The notes under the pieces: generated by a model
Database searches by the model: none
Told to the model about the DNA's origin: nothing
The model's input: only the letters and a program-made list of their open reading frames with translations
Shown: one piece after another, positions 1 to 9,129 of the stretch
Numbering within the stretch: position 1 is the stretch's first letter
Layout: every line of letters starts with the position of its first letter
Assembly (NCBI GenBank): GCA_017453365.1
Contig: JAFTKH010000006.1
Span: forward strand, 6,321 to 70,320
Source: Clostridia bacterium
GTDB taxonomy: Bacteria; Bacillota; Clostridia; Oscillospirales; CAG-272
DNA length: 64,000 nucleotides
Direction of reading: 5' to 3'
Program-made: the position numbers and the translations under genes

Positions 1-24
1 AGATATGTGAAAAGGTGGTTGTTT

Positions 25-51
25 TCCGTTTCCATAGGAGACGGATTTTTT
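25..51 (+). terminator. Intrinsic terminator/attenuator hairpin in the ileS leader, probably the 3' end of a T-box leader cut by the window edge
   Basis: 9-bp stem TCCGTTTCC/GGAGACGGA (25-33/37-45) with a 3-nt loop, then TTTTTT (46-51), 36 nt before the ileS ATG. GGTGGT at 14-19 resembles the T-box core. aaRS genes in Firmicutes are commonly T-box regulated. Confidence 0.45.
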
Positions 52-86
52 GTTTTGGAAGGCTGAAATATAAAAGAGAGGTTATT

Positions 87-3000
87 ATGGAAATCTACGA
101 AAAGGTCTCGACAAGTATGAATTTCGTCGAGCGTGAAAAGCGAGTACGCAAGCTCTGGGAGGAAAAGGGAATTTTCGAGAAGAGCATCAAGATGCGCGAG
201 GGTGCCCCCTCGTTCACCTTCTACGACGGACCTCCTACGGCAAACGGTAAGCCGCACATAGGCCACGTCTTAACGAGAGTTATTAAAGATATGGTACCGA
301 GATACCATACTATGAAGGGTAAGAGCGTGCTTCGTAAGGCAGGCTGGGACACCCACGGTCTTCCCGTCGAGCTCGAGGTCGAAAAAAAGCTCGGCATCGA
401 CGGAAAGGACCAGATTGAGGCCTATGGCCTCGAGCCCTTCATCGCTCACTGTAAGGAGAGCGTGTGGAAATACAAGGAGATGTGGGAGGATTTCTCCGGC
501 ACCGTTGGCTTTTGGGCTGATATGGAGCACCCCTACGTCACCTACACGAACGACTTCATAGAGAGTGAGTGGTGGGCGCTCAAGGAGATATGGAACAAGG
601 GGCTTCTTTATAAGGGCTTCAAGATAGTTCCCTACTGTCCGAGATGCGGCACGCCCCTCTCAAGCCACGAGGTGGCGCAGGGCTACAAGACCGTCAAGGA
701 GCGCTCTGCCGTCGCACGCTTCAAGTGCCGCGATGAGGATGCATATTTCCTCGCGTGGACGACGACTCCCTGGACGCTTCCGTCTAACGTCGCGCTCTGC
801 GTAAATCCCGAGGACACATACTGTAAGGTAAAGGCAGCCGACGGCTACGTTTACTATATGGCGAAGGCACTTCTCGACAAGGTTCTCTCCCCGCTTGCAA
901 AGGAAGGTGAGAGCGCCTACGAGATACTCGAGGAGATGAAGGGTGCAGCTCTCGAATACCGTGAGTACGAGCCCCTTTTCGAATGCTCTGGCAAGGAAGC
1001 GAAGCGCCAGGGCGCCAAGGCGCACTACGTCGTATGCGACAGCTACGTAACGATGTCCGACGGTACGGGTATCGTTCATATAGCCCCCGCCTTCGGTGAG
1101 GACGACTCAAGGGTAGGAAGAAAATACGAGCTTCCCTTCGTTCAGTTCGTTAACGGAAAGGGAGAGATGACCGAGGAAACGGATTATGCAGGCGTGTTCG
1201 TAAAGAACGCAGACCCGCTCGTCCTTACAGACCTTGACAAATCGGGCAAGCTCTTCTCCGCACCGAAATTCGAGCACGAGTATCCCCACTGCTGGAGATG
1301 CAACACTCCGCTCATTTACTATGCCCGCGACACGTGGTTTATCAAGATGACCGCGGTACGCGACAGACTGATAGCCAACAACAACACCGTTAACTGGATA
1401 CCCGAGAACATTGGTAAGGGACGCTTCGGTGACTGGCTCGAGAACGTTCAGGACTGGGGTCTTTCCCGTGACAGGTATTGGGGAACTCCTCTCAACATTT
1501 GGGAGTGCTCCTGCGGCAAGCGCCATTCGATAGGCTCGATAGCCGAGCTTAAGTCGATGTCCGACAACTGCCCCGAAAACATAGAGCTTCACCGCCCCTT
1601 TATCGATGAGGTAACTTTAAAGTGTCCCGACTGCGGTGGCGAGATGAAGCGTGTAAAAGAGGTTATCGACTGCTGGTTCGACTCGGGCTCTATGCCCTTC
1701 GCACAGCTCCACTACCCCTTTGAAAATCAGGAGCTCTTCCACTCGACTCAGTTCCCCGCCGATTTCATCAGCGAGGGCGTCGACCAAACGCGCGGATGGT
1801 TCTATTCGCTTATGGCAATATCCACGCTCGTGTTCGATAAGGCTCCCTACAAAAACGTCCTCGTTCTCGGCCATGTGCTCGATAAAGACGGACAGAAGAT
1901 GTCTAAATCGAAGGGCAACGCGGTAGATCCCTTCGAGGCGCTCGACACCTACGGTGCCGATGCGATACGTTGGTATTTCTATTCAAATTCAGCACCTTGG
2001 CTTCCCAACCGCTTCTACGGCGACGCCGTCGTCGAGGGGCAGAGAAAGTTTATGGGAACGCTGTGGAACACCTACGCGTTCTACGTACTCTATGCGAATA
2101 TAGACGGCTTCGACCCGACGAAATATACGCTTGATAAGAGCACCCTCTCCGTTATGGATAAGTGGATACTCTCCAAGCTGAACACTGCTGTGAACAAGGT
2201 AGACGCGGCGCTCGCCGCCTATAAGATACCCGAGGCTACCAGAATTCTCGAGGATTTCGTCGACGGACTTTCGAACTGGTACGTTCGCCGAAGCCGCGAA
2301 CGCTTCTGGGTCAAGGATATGCCCGAGGACAAGGTAAACGCATATCTCACTCTCTATACCTGCCTCGTAACGCTCTCGAAGCTCGCCGCCCCCCTCGTTC
2401 CGTTTATCACAGAGGATATATACAGAAATCTCGTGCTCTCCGTTGACAAGAATGCTCCCGAGTCAGTGCACCTGTGCGATTATCCCGTGGCCGATGAATC
2501 CTTAATCGATGCAGCTCTTATGGAGAATATGGACGAGGTGGTAGAGGTAGTCGTGCTCGGCAGAGCCTGCCGTAATGCGGCAAATATCAAAAACCGCCAG
2601 CCCGTAAGCAAAATGTACGTCAAGGCAGACAAGGCTCCGAGCGAGAGCTTTATATCGGTTATAGCCGAGGAGCTTAACGTCAAGAGCGTTGAGTTCACCG
2701 ACAACGTCCGCGAGTTCACGACCTATTCCTTCAAGCCGCAGCTTCGCACAGTGGGCCCGAAATACGGAAAGTATCTCGGAGATATAAGAAATACTCTCTC
2801 CACCCTCGACGGAAACGCGGCTATGGACGAGCTCGAGGCGAAGGGCTCGCTCACCTTCACTGCACGTGATGCGGAGATAGTACTGACAAAGGAAGACCTC
2901 CTTATAGAGATGACGCAAAAGGACGGCTTCGAGAGCCTCTCCGACAGAGGAGTAACAGTCGTCATAGACAAGAACCTCACCCCCGAGCTTATAGAAGAGG

Positions 3001-3245
3001 GCAATGTTCGCGAGATAATCTCGAAGGTACAGACGATGCGTAAAGACGCAGGCTTTGAGGTTATGGACAATATAAAGATAGCCTTCTCCGGCAACGAAGC
3101 CGTCGAGGCAGTAGCCTCCCGTAACGCGGAGCTGATAAAGGACGAGACGCTCGCCCTCGATATAGTCTTCAGCACCGAGCTCACCCACTCGAAGAGCTGG
3201 AGCATCAACGGCGAGAACGTAGTTATCTCCGTTGAGAAGCTCTAA
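87..3245 (+). CDS. ileS: Isoleucine--tRNA ligase (long, type-2 form, about 1052 aa)
   Basis: HIGH-type motif (PHIGHVL) and KMSKS motif (GQKMSKSKGN); CP1 editing region; ATG at 87 preceded by AGAGAGG. The ORF-track start at 15 is an upstream extension. Confidence 0.97.
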   Translation: MEIYEKVSTSMNFVEREKRVRKLWEEKGIFEKSIKMREGAPSFTFYDGPPTANGKPHIGHVLTRVIKDMVPRYHTMKGKSVLRKAGWDTHGLPVELEVEKKLGIDGKDQIEAYGLEPFIAHCKESVWKYKEMWEDFSGTVGFWADMEHPYVTYTNDFIESEWWALKEIWNKGLLYKGFKIVPYCPRCGTPLSSHEVAQGYKTVKERSAVARFKCRDEDAYFLAWTTTPWTLPSNVALCVNPEDTYCKVKAADGYVYYMAKALLDKVLSPLAKEGESAYEILEEMKGAALEYREYEPLFECSGKEAKRQGAKAHYVVCDSYVTMSDGTGIVHIAPAFGEDDSRVGRKYELPFVQFVNGKGEMTEETDYAGVFVKNADPLVLTDLDKSGKLFSAPKFEHEYPHCWRCNTPLIYYARDTWFIKMTAVRDRLIANNNTVNWIPENIGKGRFGDWLENVQDWGLSRDRYWGTPLNIWECSCGKRHSIGSIAELKSMSDNCPENIELHRPFIDEVTLKCPDCGGEMKRVKEVIDCWFDSGSMPFAQLHYPFENQELFHSTQFPADFISEGVDQTRGWFYSLMAISTLVFDKAPYKNVLVLGHVLDKDGQKMSKSKGNAVDPFEALDTYGADAIRWYFYSNSAPWLPNRFYGDAVVEGQRKFMGTLWNTYAFYVLYANIDGFDPTKYTLDKSTLSVMDKWILSKLNTAVNKVDAALAAYKIPEATRILEDFVDGLSNWYVRRSRERFWVKDMPEDKVNAYLTLYTCLVTLSKLAAPLVPFITEDIYRNLVLSVDKNAPESVHLCDYPVADESLIDAALMENMDEVVEVVVLGRACRNAANIKNRQPVSKMYVKADKAPSESFISVIAEELNVKSVEFTDNVREFTTYSFKPQLRTVGPKYGKYLGDIRNTLSTLDGNAAMDELEAKGSLTFTARDAEIVLTKEDLLIEMTQKDGFESLSDRGVTVVIDKNLTPELIEEGNVREIISKVQTMRKDAGFEVMDNIKIAFSGNEAVEAVASRNAELIKDETLALDIVFSTELTHSKSWSINGENVVISVEKL

Positions 3246-3285
3246 TATTGTAAATTTTGATTTACATCGCAATTCGCACTGCAAA

Positions 3286-4074
3286 ATGAAAATAGACACA
3301 GAACAAATCCGAGGGTCCATGACAGACCCTCGGGTACATGACTCAGTGCCCATAATTGTGTTCGAAAGTACGGGCTCGACTAACGACGATGCGAGAGCCT
3401 ATGCTAGGACGCACCCCGAGGAGCGCGCGGCTCTTATCGTTGCAAACTCGCAAACGTCAGGACGCGGCAGACTTGGAAGAAGCTTCCTGTCCCCGGCCTC
3501 TCGCGGTATTTATATGTCAATTCTCCTTATAAGACCCGAGCTTGCACCAGCAGACGCACCGCTCATCACCGCATACGCCGCGACCGTTGTCAGGCAGGCG
3601 ATATCGGACGTGTGCTCTCTCGACACAAGGATAAAATGGGTAAACGACATAACCGTAAGTGATAAGAAGCTCTCGGGAATACTTACCGAGGGTGCGCTCT
3701 TACCTGACGGCAGCTACGAATACTGCACCGTTGGAATAGGAATAAACGTTTCGGGGTGCGTTTTTCCGCCCGAGCTGAAGGACATCGCGACCTCTCTCGA
3801 GTGCGAGGGGGCCGCGGTCGGAAGAGAGGCCCTTATCGCGCGTATAACCGAGCTTTTCTTCAAAAAACTTAACACGGTTGGCACCTTACCCGTCGCCGAG
3901 GAATACAGACAGCACTCGTCGGTTATCGGACGGCGTGTTACGGTTATAAAGCCCGACACACGGTATGGAGCCGAGGTTACAGGCATTACCGACCGGTGCG
4001 AGCTTATGCTCTCACTCGATGGGGGCGGGACGGAGATACTCTCTACAGGTGAGGTAAGCATACGGCCCGAGTAA
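3286..4074 (+). CDS. birA: Biotin--[acetyl-CoA-carboxylase] ligase, group I (no N-terminal HTH)
   Basis: STNDDA...GRGRLGRSF (GRGRxGR biotin-binding loop) and KWVNDI motifs. Start is uncertain: ATG at 3286 or 3319, and the ORF-track TTG at 3232 overlaps the ileS end. Confidence 0.8.
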   Translation: MKIDTEQIRGSMTDPRVHDSVPIIVFESTGSTNDDARAYARTHPEERAALIVANSQTSGRGRLGRSFLSPASRGIYMSILLIRPELAPADAPLITAYAATVVRQAISDVCSLDTRIKWVNDITVSDKKLSGILTEGALLPDGSYEYCTVGIGINVSGCVFPPELKDIATSLECEGAAVGREALIARITELFFKKLNTVGTLPVAEEYRQHSSVIGRRVTVIKPDTRYGAEVTGITDRCELMLSLDGGGTEILSTGEVSIRPE

Positions 4075-4098
4075 AAGAAAAAGGAAGGGACAAAGGTA

Positions 4099-5121
4099 AT
4101 GACAAAGACGAAAAAGCGACTCGCAGTATTAGCAGCCGTGCTTCTTGGTATCATATTTGCATACATACTTTTATCCTCTGCACCCAGGCTTAACAACTTT
4201 GACGGTGACAATCCGATGATGAAGGAAGGCGAGCTCCCGATACTTATCGCCCACGGCGGCGGTAACAAGGAGTTCCCCGACAATACTCTTGAAGCCTTTT
4301 ATAACGCCTATAGCGTAGATAGCCGGGTTATGATGGAAACCGACGTCAGTATCACGAAGGACGGCGTGGTTATTCTCTCTCACGACACGACTATAGACAG
4401 AAAGACCAATGCCACGGGCGCTATTGCCGAGTGGAGCTATACAGACCTTATAAATCAGAGGGTCGATTTTGGCTACACAAACCCCACCGAGGACGGAGTC
4501 CTCTGGGGCGAACGCGAGCACTTTAATGTAGACGGTGAGAACAAATATCCGACAGACGTTCCGGGATACCCCGAGGGTCTTCCGGGGCGAGACAGCGAGG
4601 TCTTTCTCGCAACGACGCTGGAGGAGCTTATAACCGACTTTCCGAGCAACCGTATAAACGTCGAGATAAAGCAATCGGGCGAGCTTGGTCTCGAATGCCT
4701 TACCGAAGTATTGCGGATAGTTAAAAAACACGATGCGTGGGAGCGTGTCGTTTTAGCAAGCTTCCACTCGGAGATATACGACGAGTTTCTTTCTCTGAAA
4801 AAATCGGGTGACGTCCCCGAGAGCTTTATGTTCTCTCCGGGAACGGAGGGAGCCGCGAAATATTTCGTGCTGTATCTTCTCGGACTCGACGCCTTCTTCA
4901 CCGACGAGATGTGCGTTTTCCAGCTTCCTATGGAAGAGCTTGGACTCAATCTCGCAACGAGCGGACTCGTTAACAACGCGCACAGGCACAATTTGGCCGT
5001 TCACTATTGGACTATTGACGACGAGGACGATATGAGAGCGCTTATAGAGATAGGCGCAGACGGTATAATGACGAATTACCCCTCTCGCCTCAAAGATGTG
5101 TACAAGGAATACGGTAATTGA
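4099..5121 (+). CDS. Membrane-anchored glycerophosphodiester phosphodiesterase family protein
   Basis: N-terminal TM helix. GDPD signature IAHGGG..FPDNTLEAF...ETDVSITKDGVVILSHD. RBS AAAGGAAGG. Confidence 0.8.
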   Translation: MTKTKKRLAVLAAVLLGIIFAYILLSSAPRLNNFDGDNPMMKEGELPILIAHGGGNKEFPDNTLEAFYNAYSVDSRVMMETDVSITKDGVVILSHDTTIDRKTNATGAIAEWSYTDLINQRVDFGYTNPTEDGVLWGEREHFNVDGENKYPTDVPGYPEGLPGRDSEVFLATTLEELITDFPSNRINVEIKQSGELGLECLTEVLRIVKKHDAWERVVLASFHSEIYDEFLSLKKSGDVPESFMFSPGTEGAAKYFVLYLLGLDAFFTDEMCVFQLPMEELGLNLATSGLVNNAHRHNLAVHYWTIDDEDDMRALIEIGADGIMTNYPSRLKDVYKEYGN

Positions 5122-5305
5122 AGGAACCGGCACATTAGGATGCAATCGAAAATTTCCTAAAGCAAAAATTTCGAAACCGACTAAATGAGTTAAGAACATG
5201 CCAAATAAGCTTTAATTAGGTAATTTTCGCCTCCGTTTTCCCTCCTACGTTACGGCTCACGGAATGAAAAGCGGAGATTTTCACTCTTAAATTTTCCTCT
5301 ATGCG

Positions 5306-5349
5306 AATAGGCTAGCTTAAGTTTTATGCAACTTGAGCTAGCCTATTTT
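5306..5349 (+). terminator. Long stable hairpin in the convergent GDPD/spoIIE spacer
   Basis: About 17-bp stem (5306-5322 / 5331-5347, AATAGGCTAGC.../...GCTAGCCTATT), 8-nt loop, short T run after the stem. Confidence 0.5.
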
Positions 5350-5412
5350 AATTATGACGACAGGCTGTGTCAACCAATGATTTGATTATGCTGAAAGGAA
5401 GCAGCCCTTTTA

Positions 5413-7854
5413 TTAAAGCGCAGTGATTTTCGCCACAACGACGGTCATATCGTCGGCGGGAGACTGATTTTTCCCCGCCGCATCAATAATCTTTCTCGAG
5501 AATGTGTCAAGATCATCTCCAACTGGAGAGGATATAAGCTCTATCAGCCACGGAGTGTCCTCGACGTTCTGACTTACCCCGTCGGAGAGCATTACGATAA
5601 CGTCCCCGTCCTCTACTTCTACGCGTATTCTCTCTGCATCGAGAGATTTAAGGAGCCCTAGCGGCGCGGTCTTCGACCTTATGCGAAAAAGCGAGCTTCC
5701 GCGCTTAACGTACGAAGCCGCAGCTCCGCTTTTTATAAAAGAGGCCTCGCCGCTTATAAGGTCCAGTGAGAAAAGGTCAACAGTTGCCGAGCATTCCTCG
5801 CTACGTCTCGCTATTATATGGTTCAATATCTTCAAAAGAGTGCTCGCCGCACCGGAAAACTCGAGCGAGCGTGAGAGCATATCGGCAACAAACAACGATG
5901 TTTCCTTTGCCTCGCGGCCACGCCCCATACCGTCGGAAAGGAGCGAGAAAAACCTGCCGTCGCCGCTCTCGAAGCAGCGAGCGGTGTCACCCGACACCTC
6001 ACCCCCCTCACCCGCGCGCCCTGCTATCGCATACTCCGCGCGAAATCTACGCTCTGCCGAGCACTCCATAAGCACAGCTCTGCCACGCTTATAAAACTCG
6101 GGTCTGCCGAGGCGGTATCCGACGGCGCCTTCTATTTTCCGCATCAGCTCTCCCGAGCTAATTTTTTCACCGCTCTCGTCCTCGCAGGCTATAAGAAAAT
6201 ACGGGCGCCGTGTACCGAGAACTCTCGCCGTTCCGTCGTATATCCCCACCTCGGGGAGAAGCTCCGTAAGTGCTGCCGTCAGCTCTCCGTTCGTGCTCTT
6301 TTCTTCTCTGTCGGCGGCTCTTGCCTCGCCTAGAAGCTTGGCTACCAGGGCAAAATCCTCCGAGGTCGTATCCCTTTGATAGAACTTATACTTTTCCTCT
6401 GCAAGTATCGATGCTGCGCGATTGACAGCCGAGGCTATTGCCTCCCGCTTCTTGCAATTAAAGCTGTCCGGAAAATCCTCTGCGATTACATCCTCTCCCG
6501 ACAAGAGCTTGTCTGCAATATATTCAAGAGTCTCACCGCCGAGCTCTGTTCCTACACAAACCCCAGAACCGTCACAGTCCCTGCAATATTTCTCCACGCA
6601 CTCTGATACGAGTCTTGCGTATTCCTCTTTTGCAGGGTGCGCACTCCTCTCGCTGTATTTTCTCATCACGGCCGAGACACCCGAGAGAGCCGCCTCGAGA
6701 TTAGACAGCATTCCCGAATATTTGTTCTTGTATGCGAGGGACATAGTACCGAGCATATCAGAGACTCCCGGAGTGTTATCCGCGGCCGTTTCCTGCCGTC
6801 GCTCTCCCGAGAGCTTCCGTATTGCGGGCGCTGACAAAAGCGCCGCTATCATATATTCCGGAAACGCAGATAAAAAGCCCGACAGCCCCCCGGCATAAGC
6901 GCACCACGCAGCGAGCGCCGCTCCGCCTCCAATGAAGGCGTATACCCACCCGAGCGAAAACAAAGCACCCGCGGCGAGCCCCGCAAGGCCAAAGGCAACC
7001 GAATAGACGCTAGAAAGCCCAAGCGTCGATACAAAGCCGAGAGCACCTGCCCGAAGAGCACCGAAGCGACGAGCGGTAAGAAGTGTTGCCGCTCCCGCGT
7101 ATATATATGAAAGATTGATTCCGAAGACATTATATTCGGCAAGTGACAAGGATATAAGAAAAGAAAGAAGCAGCGCCGAGCTCTGAAAGAATATTTTTTC
7201 ATATTTAGCGTGCCTGTCCGCACCGGCGAGTGACAGCACGGGCTCGCGAGTGAAAAGTGCACGGGGAAAGTCGACCGAACTCATAAACAGTCCCGCGAGG
7301 GCAAAGGCGCAGGCGGGCGGCAGGAGTATCATCGATGCCCCGAAAGCCACCGCAGTCATAGAGAAGCCCGAAAGGAGCGTTTCATACACGGCAGCGATAA
7401 AGCCGCCTATCAGTGCCGCGGACAGTCGAAGAACTATACTTTCGCCAAAGAGCTTCGTGTCCTCGCCCTCTCCGTTCTTATCCGTTCCCGATACTATCAT
7501 ACGCAAAAATACTACGATAGCAGATATCATAGCATATATAAGTCCCGATTTTCCAAGAGTAAGTGCCCCCACAGCGCCGCCAAGCGCGGCGAGCCATACA
7601 CGCGACGGCAACACCGCAATAAAAGCGATAGACAAGGGGTGTGCGCCGAAAATCACGTGGCAGCGGGAGAACACGAGGCCGATAAGAAAGGTGAGAATAT
7701 CGAGCACGGGTGCCAGCTTGTTCTGCCGCCTTTCTTCTTTTGCCTCGCGAATTTTTGCGCCTATCCGCCCGCGCAGGCCTCGCCCGCCCGCCTTCGAGTC
7801 TGCATTAGCGCCGACGGCGCTCTCGTTTTCCTTCGGTATATTAAGCTTGTCCAT
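5413..7854 (-). CDS. spoIIE: Stage II sporulation protein E (PP2C phosphatase with polytopic membrane N-terminus)
   Basis: About 330 aa of multiple hydrophobic helices followed by a PP2C domain (LSDGMGRGREA, DLFSLDL, VMLSDGV). The 813-aa size is typical. Confidence 0.9.
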   Translation of the reverse strand: MDKLNIPKENESAVGANADSKAGGRGLRGRIGAKIREAKEERRQNKLAPVLDILTFLIGLVFSRCHVIFGAHPLSIAFIAVLPSRVWLAALGGAVGALTLGKSGLIYAMISAIVVFLRMIVSGTDKNGEGEDTKLFGESIVLRLSAALIGGFIAAVYETLLSGFSMTAVAFGASMILLPPACAFALAGLFMSSVDFPRALFTREPVLSLAGADRHAKYEKIFFQSSALLLSFLISLSLAEYNVFGINLSYIYAGAATLLTARRFGALRAGALGFVSTLGLSSVYSVAFGLAGLAAGALFSLGWVYAFIGGGAALAAWCAYAGGLSGFLSAFPEYMIAALLSAPAIRKLSGERRQETAADNTPGVSDMLGTMSLAYKNKYSGMLSNLEAALSGVSAVMRKYSERSAHPAKEEYARLVSECVEKYCRDCDGSGVCVGTELGGETLEYIADKLLSGEDVIAEDFPDSFNCKKREAIASAVNRAASILAEEKYKFYQRDTTSEDFALVAKLLGEARAADREEKSTNGELTAALTELLPEVGIYDGTARVLGTRRPYFLIACEDESGEKISSGELMRKIEGAVGYRLGRPEFYKRGRAVLMECSAERRFRAEYAIAGRAGEGGEVSGDTARCFESGDGRFFSLLSDGMGRGREAKETSLFVADMLSRSLEFSGAASTLLKILNHIIARRSEECSATVDLFSLDLISGEASFIKSGAAASYVKRGSSLFRIRSKTAPLGLLKSLDAERIRVEVEDGDVIVMLSDGVSQNVEDTPWLIELISSPVGDDLDTFSRKIIDAAGKNQSPADDMTVVVAKITAL

Positions 7855-8294
7855 TTCAAACCCGCCCTTTGTCTGTTTTTCCCTATTTTAATACGCAGAG
7901 CGCGCAAAACTTGCCGCACCGCGTCTGTCGCAAAAGGGCGGAAAAGAATAAAAAGACATATCAAGCGGTGAAAAGCAGTGAAAAACCTCTGCACCGCACC
8001 AAAAATGTAGCATATCGCGATATATTTTCCCGTTATATTATCACCGTCATTATAACCTGTTTTAGATTGAACGTCGTAATTCATTTCAGATTATATATAA
8101 CAACATCAAAAGCTTTTTCCGAGCTATAGTAGGGAAAATTACGGTATTTACGGAATGATATAGAATATTATACTAACGTACACGGACATTTGAAAAATCA
8201 AAAATTCCTTTAAACGCTTGACAATAAAAACACATACTGCTATACATTAGGATAGCACCGATGCTGCTTGCTTCCCCAAAAGCTATTATTTAAA

Positions 8295-8330
8295 AACAGC
8301 CGCCTTATGAGCCAGGCGGCTGTTGCTTTT
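8295..8330 (-). terminator. Bidirectional rho-independent terminator
   Basis: 10-bp stem AACAGCCGCC/GGCGGCTGTT (8295-8304/8315-8324) with a 10-nt loop. An A run lies upstream and a T run downstream. It sits 26 nt after the stop of the 8356-8775 gene. Confidence 0.7.
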
Positions 8331-8355
8331 TATTTATCACGGGGATTGTTAATAT

Positions 8356-8775
8356 TTATTCGTCACTATCCTCTTCCCTTGCCCTCTCATCCAGCTCGTC
8401 GTTAAAACGGTCGATTTTTTTCGAATTTACATAATAGGTATCGCCAAGAGCGCTGATGAAGGAAAACTCCTCGTCGTCAACATCGTAAAATCTGCCCTCG
8501 ACGTCGAGGTTTTTTGCTGCACGGCAGAACACGTCAAGAAACTCGTCGGAGTCAAATTCGTCTATTTCAACTCCGCAGTCATCATCGGTAAACACAAGAG
8601 ACGTTTTATCTCCGTCACCCGCTTCGTCATAGCCATCGTCAAAATTTATATAATCCGAGGATATCGGGAAGAAGTCGTCAAGCTCGCCCGAGCGCAAAAA
8701 GCTTGCAATTTTTTTAATTTCCGCCTTTGTTCCCGTTAGGGTTATTTCAAAATAAATCTCGTCACAAAACGTCAT
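8356..8775 (-). CDS. Hyper-acidic hypothetical protein (139 aa)
   Basis: ATG at 8775 preceded by GGAGG with a 5-nt spacer. The ORF-track TTG at 8805 lacks an RBS. My hand count gives about 42 D/E against 13 K/R. It is monocistronic with its own terminator. I recognise no family. Confidence 0.6.
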   Translation of the reverse strand: MTFCDEIYFEITLTGTKAEIKKIASFLRSGELDDFFPISSDYINFDDGYDEAGDGDKTSLVFTDDDCGVEIDEFDSDEFLDVFCRAAKNLDVEGRFYDVDDEEFSFISALGDTYYVNSKKIDRFNDELDERAREEDSDE

Positions 8776-9129
8776 ATAGTCCTCCATATAGGCAAAAGTA
8801 AACAATCCGAACTCGTTTTAGAGAGGTGAATTATCCGTTATACGTCGGTAAAAATTCTTATAATATCTCATATTATCTCAAACCTTAACCTCGTTTGAGG
8901 AAAAATTCGCTCTCCCCCCGAAAATTCGAAGAGCTCCGGGGCCTCAATTTTTAGATAATTTTGGTGCTTGACATCTACAGACACGCACGGCTTTGCAAGA
9001 ATGGCAAGTACCGAAGGCTCTGAAATTCACGCTCGGTAGCGTAATCAAATTATCCGCTCTTGCCTATCAAATTGCTGTAAGAGAGTATAGCACAGTGATT
9101 ATTCCTTGTCAATAGGAATTTTATTGCTA

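Noticed and set aside
2502-3353. 283-aa minus-strand ORF spanning the ileS 3' end
   Set aside because: Antisense to ileS and crossing into the birA leader. No supporting signals.
7926-7932. TGTCGCA, a one-mismatch Spo0A 0A-box about 70 bp upstream of spoIIE
   Set aside because: A single degenerate 7-mer is expected by chance. It is not enough to call a Spo0A site without a proper matrix scan.
7761-8129. ORFs of 86 aa (+) and 107 aa (-) in the spoIIE upstream spacer
   Set aside because: No RBS, an arginine/lysine-rich nonsense-like translation, and mutual overlap. The region is more likely regulatory.
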